Positions 32,792 through 41,000 of a stretch of DNA of 41,374 nt are shown piece by piece. The translations under genes were made by a program, and so were the position numbers. The notes beneath the pieces were generated by a model that ran no database searches, was not told the origin of the DNA, and worked only from the letters and a program-made list of their open reading frames with translations. Numbering within the stretch: the stretch's first letter is position 1; every line of letters begins with the position of its first letter. The stretch is from IMG/VR virus record IMGVR_UViG_3300046772_000048, positions 1-41,374 of that record; one strand, given 5' to 3'. This DNA comes from a virus (Duplodnaviria > Caudoviricetes).

Positions 32792-32941
32792 TTACCAGAA
32801 CTTAGACCATAATCTAATCGGCTTCTCTGCGACTTGTAGAGCCTTGACTACTACCAGCCCCACACTCTCTAGAGTGTCGCCAACCTTTTCCAAGATTTCC
32901 TGCTCACTCTTTGAGAAGTTTGCGGTTACCTTGATTTCCAT
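32792..32941 (-). CDS. Hypothetical protein, 49 aa (not in ORF track)
   Basis: AAAGGGGG RBS; MEIKVTANFSKSEQEILEKVGD... Confidence 0.75.
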   Translation of the reverse strand: MEIKVTANFSKSEQEILEKVGDTLESVGLVVVKALQVAEKPIRLWSKFW

Positions 32942-32988
32942 TTTTTCTTTCCCCCTTTGTTAGGTTTTTACTTTTTCCTAACACCTGA

Positions 32989-33016
32989 AGACTATCAAAC
33001 CTTTGCCGTGTGTCAA
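32989..33016 (-). promoter_or_regulatory. Promoter
   Basis: TTGACA-16-TAGTCT. Confidence 0.7.
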
Positions 33017-33053
33017 GTTATTTTTAGTAGATGACCAGTCATACTTTGGCAAC

Positions 33054-33080
33054 AAAAAAGCCCCCTTGCGGGGGCTTCTC
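33054..33080 (-). terminator. Intrinsic terminator (repeated unit)
   Basis: AAGCCCCC-GCAA-GGGGGCTTTTTT on minus strand. Confidence 0.9.
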
Positions 33081-33091
33081 TGCGAAGTCTT

Positions 33092-33328
33092 TTAGGCTAG
33101 TGATAGAGCCTCTCGTGGGTGGTTGAGAACAATCCCCAAGATTTCCTCTGCGCTTAGCATACGGGTTTCTGTGCCGTAGGCTTCCTCTGTAACGATAACG
33201 CTTGTGATAGGTGCGGTAGTGCCTAGAAGTAACTCTCGCACTCTTTCCTTGTAATCAACTACGAAACTGTAATTTGTCTCGTAAGACTTTCCCTCATCAA
33301 CTGTAATCATTACTCCGTATTGTGCCAT
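33092..33328 (-). CDS. Hypothetical protein
   Basis: AGAAAGGG RBS, own promoter and terminator. Confidence 0.8.
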   Translation of the reverse strand: MAQYGVMITVDEGKSYETNYSFVVDYKERVRELLLGTTAPITSVIVTEEAYGTETRMLSAEEILGIVLNHPREALSLA

Positions 33329-33373
33329 TTGTTTTTCCCTTTCTTTATTACTACACCTTGTAGTAATGAAGTA

Positions 33374-33439
33374 ATAGTAGGATACCTTCCCAGCGTTGTC
33401 AAGTCATAACACATAAGATTGTTTGTTAGTTATCTCACA
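33374..33439 (-). promoter_or_regulatory. CRP-like box plus promoter
   Basis: TGTGAGATAACTAACA (33439-33424); TTGACA-17-TACTAT (33402-33374). Confidence 0.75.
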
Positions 33440-33470
33440 CAACTTGTCAGCCTTGTCAGCCAGCCTAGTA

Positions 33471-33488
33471 AGTTACTCGTCAGTAACC
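33471..33488. promoter_or_regulatory. Palindromic operator-like site GTTACT-N4-AGTAAC
   Basis: AGTTACTCGTCAGTAACC, inverted near-copy of 8887-8904. Confidence 0.5.
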
Positions 33489-33904
33489 TAGCCAGCCTGA
33501 CACATAGCCAGCCTAAGACCTAACCATCTCCTAACCCTTGACTAGAACTTTAGACAATGACAAGAGCAACCAAGATGTCTAGTAGAACTAGAAACAAACA
33601 ACAAAAAACATTTTTATTTGACCAGACAATGACCTTTGTTGATTGACATTTATAAACCAGACATCAAAAAGTAAAACTTGAGCCAACCCAACTCAACTTT
33701 ATGTCAGAAACTTTCAACCAGAAACAATTTAGGCAAGGCACTAAAACATTTTCCGGAAACGATTTAGGCAAAGGCTCAAACCAAGCAGAGCCGTCTCACA
33801 GGCCAAAACCAAAAAACGTAAACCTTCATATATTTTACAAATCGTCCATTCTCTTTGGTCCTTTAGTCTTAGACGCCTCAATCAAATTGCTGTAGAATAG
33901 AGCA

Positions 33905-34405
33905 ATGAAGAAAAAAGTCCGTCTCCCATCAGATGAAGTCAGATTTCTTTCTTCTCTAGAGCCGCCAGCACTCAACAATCGCATCAGAGCGTTGTGGAAA
34001 GCGGGTTGGTCTCTCAAAATAATTGCAGATTCTTTACAACCACCTAGACCTAAATCAACAGTTCACTTCTGGGTAAAGAACGCTGCCGATGAAGAGCAAC
34101 GCAGACCTATACCTGCGACCCCACCAAAGTCTTTGACAACTACAGCGCCTCTACTAAACTCTCCAAGGCTTCGTAGCATCTCTCCAAGCGTTCCACCAGA
34201 ACTCAAGCCACACCTACAAGAGTTAGCACTCCTTGCGAGCCGCTATAGGGCTAAGACTTCACCAGATAGTCCTTATGCCAAGGCTAATCAAGAACTTACT
34301 CATGTGGCTCGTATGCTTTATAACCGCGGGGTTCCTGCCGCAGACATCGCTGAAGCCGCTGGGATTACTTATAGAGCAATTGCAAGGCGGTTGGCAAATG
34401 GCTAG
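33905..34405 (+). CDS. Double helix-turn-helix DNA-binding protein, probably leaderless
   Basis: GWSLKIIADSL..PKSTVHFWV and GVPAADIAEAAGITYRAIARRL; TAGAAT 6 nt before ATG. Confidence 0.8.
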   Translation: MKKKVRLPSDEVRFLSSLEPPALNNRIRALWKAGWSLKIIADSLQPPRPKSTVHFWVKNAADEEQRRPIPATPPKSLTTTAPLLNSPRLRSISPSVPPELKPHLQELALLASRYRAKTSPDSPYAKANQELTHVARMLYNRGVPAADIAEAAGITYRAIARRLANG

Positions 34406-34745
34406 AACATATAAAACCGAGTCTGGAACATTTCTAGAAAGCGATTTAGTTATTGCTATATGGACAAACCCTAAAAAGCAAAAGGCTAGACCCAACGCTA
34501 GACCCCTTGAGACACTTACATCAGATAAAAACCCTTACCCAATAGCCTTTCCTTTAGAGATGCTTCAGAAAATACAATCTTGGATGTATTGTCATGTCGC
34601 TAAAAGCCAAGAGGATATAGATGACGTGCTCTTCAAAGGCAAAGCAACAAGAGAGAAGCCTCTTTTAGTTCCAGTAGCACTCGCTAAGCACTACCTAGGC
34701 TGGGAAGAGTTCTATGTGCCATCAGAGTATAAGGATTTAGGATGA
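34398..34745 (+). CDS. Hypothetical protein
   Basis: ATG 34398 overlapping the end of the previous gene. Confidence 0.7.
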   Translation: MARTYKTESGTFLESDLVIAIWTNPKKQKARPNARPLETLTSDKNPYPIAFPLEMLQKIQSWMYCHVAKSQEDIDDVLFKGKATREKPLLVPVALAKHYLGWEEFYVPSEYKDLG

Positions 34746-35086
34746 AGGTTCACGCTGATGTCTTTCCAGCAGCCGTTGCGATTGCTCCCCCAGGTTCAGA
34801 TGTTACTTTTGATAACTTCGGTCCTCGTGGCGGAGGTCCGCAGGGCACTAGAAGGCTTGATAGGTGCCGAATCATTATCGTCAACGACAAAATTATGATT
34901 GGTCTTGACTCCCCAGAAGGTCCTCAACTTGTTTTTCAAGAAACATATATCTCCCACGAACGCCAAGACAAATTACACATGGTCAAAACTATTGAGGGAA
35001 AGATGTTGGTCTTCAGAAAAGACGATAACTGTGGCTGCGGGTCGCGTCTTCGTTCTTGGCAGCCGTATGGGAGTATTGTGGAATGA
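34742..35086 (+). CDS. Hypothetical protein
   Basis: ATGA overlap; C-terminal NCGCGSRLRSW. Confidence 0.75.
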   Translation: MKVHADVFPAAVAIAPPGSDVTFDNFGPRGGGPQGTRRLDRCRIIIVNDKIMIGLDSPEGPQLVFQETYISHERQDKLHMVKTIEGKMLVFRKDDNCGCGSRLRSWQPYGSIVE

Positions 35087-35376
35087 AAGACCCTTTGGTT
35101 CTTATTATTACTGCGCTAGCAGCATATCGGCTGACCAGGTTCATAGTTCAAGATGAACTTATTTCATCCCTAAGAAACCGCCTCTGGAAGAAGTTTCCTC
35201 CAGAGACTAATAAGTTCGGCTATCTCTTTACTTGTGTGTGGTGTATGAGCATTTGGACAGCATCGCTACTTGTTCTATCAAGTATCATTATGCCTACGAT
35301 AACTTTCTATGCCTGTCTAGTGCTTGCACTATCGGCCATAGTTGGTCTTCTAACCGCATACGAAAACAGAGATTGA
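35083..35376 (+). CDS. DUF1360 family membrane protein
   Basis: ALAAYRLTRFI..D, GYLFTCVWCMSIW; directly before portal. Confidence 0.8.
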   Translation: MKDPLVLIITALAAYRLTRFIVQDELISSLRNRLWKKFPPETNKFGYLFTCVWCMSIWTASLLVLSSIIMPTITFYACLVLALSAIVGLLTAYENRD

Positions 35377-35410
35377 TTCGTATTCCGTGAAAAAGACAAG
35401 GAGTAATTCT

Positions 35411-37141
35411 GTGGGTGTATTTTCGCGTGACGGCGCTGGCGCAAGTGAGCCAAAAAAGCCAACCCCATCCCAAAATAGTAGGAAGCGCACTACTCGTCGC
35501 AGTAGCACTCGCTCTACACAAATCGTTACCGCATCTCCAGTAGTAACTGGACCAGCATCAATCTTTCTTTCTAATCCAGCAAAGTCTGCTACATATTCAA
35601 CACCAAGAACTTTGACTGCCGCCGCTGTTCAAGTAAAAGTAAACGACAAAGGGGAGTTTGAGCAATTCAAATCTCGTCGTTCAGCAGCATCATCAGCATG
35701 GCAAGCAGAAGCGTGGGAATACTACGACGCTATTGGTGAAATCAAATATGCTTTCAATCTTGTCGCATCCGTTGTATCTCGTATTCGTATATACGCAGCA
35801 GTAGTTGATAATCCTTCAGAGACACCAGTATCAGTTCGCTCTTCATCAAAGATTGACCCACGTCTTGCGGCAGCAGCAGAACGTGCTCTCAATAGACTCA
35901 ACTCTGCTTATGGCGGACAAGCAGGTCTTCTTCGTGATGCTGCACTCAATCTCTCTGTTGCTGGTGAATGTTATTTAGTTCAGATGCCAGAACAAAAGGG
36001 TCACGGTGTTCCAGAGTCTTGGGATGTTCGCTCTGTTGATGAAGTTCTTGCAGATAATCGCGGAGGATACAACGTTATCTCTCGCCGCGAAATGGGAACA
36101 GGTGGAAATGCACCTGGAGCAAAGAGACTTTCAAATAAAGCATTTGTAGGACGCATTTGGCGTTCACATCCACGCTTTTCAGATGAAGCAGACTCATCAC
36201 TACGCGGTTTGTTAGACCTTTGCGCAGAACTTCTTCTTCTCAATAGAACATTTCGTGCTACAGCACGCTCTCGCCTAAACGCTGGCGCACTTTATCTTCC
36301 AGATGGTCTTTCAGTTGCTGCACAAGGCGACCCAGACTATCCATATGACACTGATAATGAATTAAATCCACAGTTTGTTGCTGAGGAAGCAGAAGATGAG
36401 TTTGAAGAGCAACTCATTGATGCAATGACAACTCCAATTCGTGATGAGGAGTCAGCATCAGCAGTTGTTCCACTTATTATTCGTGGTCCAGCAGAACTTG
36501 GCGACAAAATTAAGCAGTTCAAGTTTGAGCGTTCATTTGACCCAGCACTTGCCGAGCGTTCAGACCGCGTTCTAGAGCGCATCCTTCAAGGACTTGATGT
36601 TCCTAAGGACATTGTTACTGGACTTGCTAACGTAAAGTATTCAAACGCACTTCAAATTGATGAAGCACTCTACAAGGCACACATTGAGCCATTGATGTTG
36701 CTTATTGCTGACGCTCTGACCATTGTTTATCTTCGTCCATACCTTGAAGCACAAGGCTATAGCCCAGCAGATGTTGAGAAGATTGTTGTTTGGTATGACC
36801 CAAGCGCAGTTTCAACTCGCAATGACCGTGCTCAGGATGCTGATTCAGGATTTGACCGTGGAGTTATCTCACAAGAGGCGTGGCGTCGTGCTCACGGCTT
36901 CTCAAATGCTGATGCACCAACTCCTACAGAGATTGCGCTTCGTTTACTCAACGAACGTGGCTCAATTACACCAGAACTTACTGAAGCAATGCTTGCAGCG
37001 TTTGCTCCAGAGGCAATGAATGCTGTTCGTGATGCTGCGCAAGCACAATCAGTTGCTCCGATGGACCCAGCACTACAGCAACAACTAGACCAAGCATTGG
37101 CTCAGCCAGCACAACCAGAACAACCTGCTCAGGAGCAATAA
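35411..37141 (+). CDS. Portal protein (actinophage type)
   Basis: WQ.EAW.YYD.IGE, L.VAGECYL, RIWR.HPR....ADS, SRL.AG.L..P, SA.VP; GTG 35411 follows AAGGAG. Confidence 0.82.
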   Translation: MGVFSRDGAGASEPKKPTPSQNSRKRTTRRSSTRSTQIVTASPVVTGPASIFLSNPAKSATYSTPRTLTAAAVQVKVNDKGEFEQFKSRRSAASSAWQAEAWEYYDAIGEIKYAFNLVASVVSRIRIYAAVVDNPSETPVSVRSSSKIDPRLAAAAERALNRLNSAYGGQAGLLRDAALNLSVAGECYLVQMPEQKGHGVPESWDVRSVDEVLADNRGGYNVISRREMGTGGNAPGAKRLSNKAFVGRIWRSHPRFSDEADSSLRGLLDLCAELLLLNRTFRATARSRLNAGALYLPDGLSVAAQGDPDYPYDTDNELNPQFVAEEAEDEFEEQLIDAMTTPIRDEESASAVVPLIIRGPAELGDKIKQFKFERSFDPALAERSDRVLERILQGLDVPKDIVTGLANVKYSNALQIDEALYKAHIEPLMLLIADALTIVYLRPYLEAQGYSPADVEKIVVWYDPSAVSTRNDRAQDADSGFDRGVISQEAWRRAHGFSNADAPTPTEIALRLLNERGSITPELTEAMLAAFAPEAMNAVRDAAQAQSVAPMDPALQQQLDQALAQPAQPEQPAQEQ

Positions 37142-37142
37142 A

Positions 37143-38090
37143 GTGTCAGACAAAAAAACTATTGCTCAAACACCAGCACCTAAAAAAGACAGAATCAAAG
37201 GTTCTAGTAAAAATAAAAAGGGTTCTGCTGGAAGTCAGAAGGCTGCACGAGAAGTTAAGTTCTCCGCCTCTGTTGAGAAGTCTTTGAAAGCAAAAGTTGA
37301 AGAACATAATGCTAAGTCAAAGCACAAAGTAACTCTTGGGAAACTAAAAGCGGTATACCGTCGTGGTGCAGGAGCATATTCTGTGTCTCATCGTCCTGGA
37401 ATGACTCGCAATCAGTGGGCAATGGGTCGCGTCAACGCTTTCTTGCGTCTAGTAAAGAGCGGAAAGCCAAATAACCCTGCTTACAAATCAGATAATGATT
37501 TACTACCAAAGAGCCATCGTAAGGCAAGTGCTTCTGTTACTGCTGCTGGCTTAGTTCCAGAAGAAAAAGATTTAGCAGATGCTCTTGTTGAGATAGCGAA
37601 CAAATATGGAAAGTTCAACGAAGACGCTACAGGTATTTGGGCTGGATATACACCAGCATCTGAGAACAAAGACCAAGAAATCGGTGTCCACTGCGCCAAC
37701 TGTGTTCTTTATGCTGGTGGAGACCAATGCCAAATCATTTCTCTTCCTGTAGAGCCAATGGGTGTATGTCGTTTTGCTGTTTTGCCAGATGGAGTAATCA
37801 AAAAAGATTTTGGACCAAGTGAAGAAGAGATTGAAGAGTATTCACTTAGCAAAGAACTGTCAGTTTTTATTAAAAACGAAGAAGATTACGAATACCCAGA
37901 AGATGCTATTTTAGATATGACTGAATATTCTGGATTTGGTTATGAAGTAGAGCCAGCAATTCGCGCTGCATGGCTTCGCGGTGTAAGAAATGGGGATGAC
38001 CCATTCCTTCGTGCATCGCTACTTGCTTCTCTTGGATATGAAAGTCTTGATGCTGATTTATTGCCTGAGCAGGAAGAGGAAGAAGAGTGA
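37143..38090 (+). CDS. Head-morphogenesis region protein with basic VYRRG domain and 4-Cys domain
   Basis: AVYRRGAGAY..SHRPG....QWAMGRVNAF; CANC...C...C. Confidence 0.65.
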   Translation: MSDKKTIAQTPAPKKDRIKGSSKNKKGSAGSQKAAREVKFSASVEKSLKAKVEEHNAKSKHKVTLGKLKAVYRRGAGAYSVSHRPGMTRNQWAMGRVNAFLRLVKSGKPNNPAYKSDNDLLPKSHRKASASVTAAGLVPEEKDLADALVEIANKYGKFNEDATGIWAGYTPASENKDQEIGVHCANCVLYAGGDQCQIISLPVEPMGVCRFAVLPDGVIKKDFGPSEEEIEEYSLSKELSVFIKNEEDYEYPEDAILDMTEYSGFGYEVEPAIRAAWLRGVRNGDDPFLRASLLASLGYESLDADLLPEQEEEEE

Positions 38091-41000
38091 GCAGAGTTCG
38101 CCGCCTGAGTTACGCCATTTCTGAAGAAGGGCGTCGTGCACAATCTATTAGCCAAGCACGTCGTATTAGAGACGCTGCAATATCAATGGTTGAAGAAGCA
38201 AACCTCAGCATCACTCCTGCTCGTCGTGTAACTAAAAAGTCTGCATTTACTGTAGTTCTTCGCTCACTTGAGAAGACAAGAAGCCTTCCGTTCTCTCTTC
38301 GTCAACATATGGCTCTCAAAGAGTTATCTACATTTATCAACCTTGCACAAAGCAACAAATCAAACTCACTAACTCTATCTAATACTGATTTACTACCAAT
38401 TGCTCACCCACGTTCAACTCGTTCACACTCAATGACAGCATCGGCTCTGCGTGAAGCAAGAGTTCGCTGGTATGTAGATGACCCAGAGATTAAAGACGAA
38501 CGCACTAAAACAATTCTTGCTTCTGCTTTGATAGCAGAGGTTGATTCTCCAGAGTTTATTTACTACAACGCACTTCTTGCATCCCTTCCACAAGGTGAAG
38601 TTCCTCTACAAGCACTTCTTGCAGCATTTGGAGACGGTAACTCTCCGATGAACCGTTCTCTCCGTGCTCAACTACAGCGTCGTGACCGTCTAGGACGATT
38701 TGCTTTCCAAGGTGGAGGTCTCAAGGCTCTTATCAAGCGTGCTAGTGGAGTCTTTAGCCTTACAGGAAGAACTCTTATGGACCTTCCAGATGGAAGAGTT
38801 CAAATAGAACTTGCTGACGGAAGAATTGTTGCTGTAACTCCAGAGTTTGGTGAATACATTAAGGCTGTTCTTCCTGGTCAAAGCAAAGATGGTTTCTCAC
38901 CGAAGCCTGTAAAAAATGTTTCTGTTTTTGATAAAGCAATTAATGAAAACGATTTAGAGTTTTTTGATAAGCCAGAAGGCTGGGAAAGTTTTGATGGACA
39001 GCCTAATGCTTTTAGAAATGAAGAGTGGACAGTTGCGCTAGGTAAAGATGAAAATGGAAATCGTAACTTTGCTGTAGAAAAAGATGGTAAAAAAGTTTTT
39101 GAAGACAAGTCATCTTGGGCAGATGTCCTAGATGCTATTGATGAGCACGAAAAAGTAGCAGAGAACCAGCCAGAGGCTAAGCCAGAACAGCAACAAGCAA
39201 AAGAGGCTGCTCCTGCTAAGAAGTTTGAGTTCAACTATCCAGAGAACGCATACAAGATTCGTCAGGACGCTGACTACTCTCCAGAAGGAAGAGTTGATGA
39301 GAACAGCCCAGACTTTACAGATGACCCTGCTGAACTTGCTCAGCGCTATGACGTTGAAGATTTGCGTGATGCTTTAGAAGAAGGTGTTCTACCTCAAGAA
39401 GGACAACCAGCACTAGGTTATGGAGTTCTTCCATTTGGTCGTGGAAATGAATATGTTCCAGCAGAGGCTTTATATCTTGCTCTCAAAGAGGCTGGCGAAG
39501 ATAATGAGATGGAACTTGCCAGAATTTATGACAAGGAACTTGGTGGAAACGATAACGAGACTGCTCTCAATGATGCACGAAAGCCAGCAGAGCAAGTTGG
39601 ACAATCAACTCCAGATGTTGCTGAATCATTCAAGAGAGAAACTGAAGTCAGTCAGGACGAAGAAACTCCAGCAGAGATTGATGCTCCATTTGTTGAAGAA
39701 CAACGTGATGAAACTCCGCTACCTCCACTCCTAGAAGGATTAGATGAGAACGAACTTGCTCGCTTTATGGAGAGCAAGGACCACACACCACATCTTCCTA
39801 AGAATGAATCAGTACAGGATGTTCCAGAAGACTACGCTGTTCTTGATGAGGCTCCATTTGAGAACTGGAGTGAAGAAGCAAAGGGTGAAGGACTTCCAGA
39901 AGGATTTAGCGATAACCCAGTATGGATTGCACAGAACGTTTCTAAGGAAGAAAATCTCAAGGAACTTCGCCGTTCCGTTGAGCCAGGAAACCCTATGCCT
40001 GGATACGCAAACATCACTGCAAAAGATGGCGATGGCGAAGAAGTTGTAGTAAACGTTCCTGGCGAGGCAGTTCGTGATGCGCTTCAACTACAGGGAGTAG
40101 ACACAAACGCTGAATTAGAAAAGATTTATGACGAAGGCCGTGAAGGTCAGCGTCAAGGAATTGGCGAGAGTGAAGCAGGACGCATCATCGCTGAAATTGA
40201 AAAAGAAGATGGCGTCCTAATTCCTGAGCAAATCGCTGGGCCTGTATTCCCCTTCCCTAAAGATGACACTCCACGTTTTGATAAAGGAATGATGCCTGGA
40301 CTACCTGGCTTAAAGCGTGACCCTGAAGAACCTATTGATTTAGTTGGAACTAACATCAAAGTTGGCGACAGAGTTCTCCACCGAGGAAAATATAAAAAAG
40401 TAAAAGAAATTAGCGGCAAGGGTATAGATAGAACTGTTTGGTTTGAAGAAGAGTTCCCTGGAGAAAATAGTTGGCTACAAGTTGGAATTAAAGAACATTC
40501 AGTTAAGCGTCCTGTAGAAAATGAAGGACCTGAAACAATTGATGTTGCTGGTGAGAAAGTTGTTAAAGACCCTATTGGACTTGGTGATTGGAACCTTGAC
40601 AACTTTGTCTTGAGAAAAGTATTTGGTAAGTGGACTGTTCGTGACAAGAATGGCGAAAAGAAGTTTGGCAAATATGACACGATGGAAGATGCAGTAAAGG
40701 CTATCCAGGAATCTAGAGGAGATAAACCAACTCCAACTCCTGCAAAGCCAGAAGCATCTGAGCGTAAGCCAGGCACTGCTACAGAGGGTGAAAAGAGTCT
40801 TGATGTAAAAGCAATGCTTTATGAAGAAGAAGCATTAGCAGACAAGTATCAAGAGGAAGAGGGAATGTCTCGCGGTGACGCTCAGGCTGTTGCTGAAGCA
40901 GATATGAAGCGCAAGTATGGTAAGACTGCTTTTGAGGCACTCAATGAACTTTCTCGTGAAGATGCGCTAAAAATTCTTGATGAGCGTCAGGAAGAAATTG

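Larger units (their letters stand above)
7554..33676. repeat. Dispersed 11-bp motif AAAAAGTAAAA (31 exact copies in this span, one more at 40395)
   Basis: Plus strand starts: 7554, 8654, 8707, 9129, 9646, 9721, 11947, 11991, 12091, 12232, 12610, 13423, 17387, 17883, 18420, 18606, 19821, 21742, 22751, 23355, 24902, 25772, 27067, 27572, 28408, 30679, 33666, 40395; minus strand: 23904, 29106, 31317, 32966. Confidence 0.95.

Noticed and set aside
7554-33676. Dispersed repeats as a CRISPR array
   Set aside because: The repeat is only 11 bp, irregularly spaced, often inside genes, and no cas genes are present
7554-40405. 11-mer as a -1 frameshift slippery site or sequencing artefact
   Set aside because: Most copies have five A's rather than A-AAA-AAG, most are intergenic, and in-CDS copies keep reading frames intact
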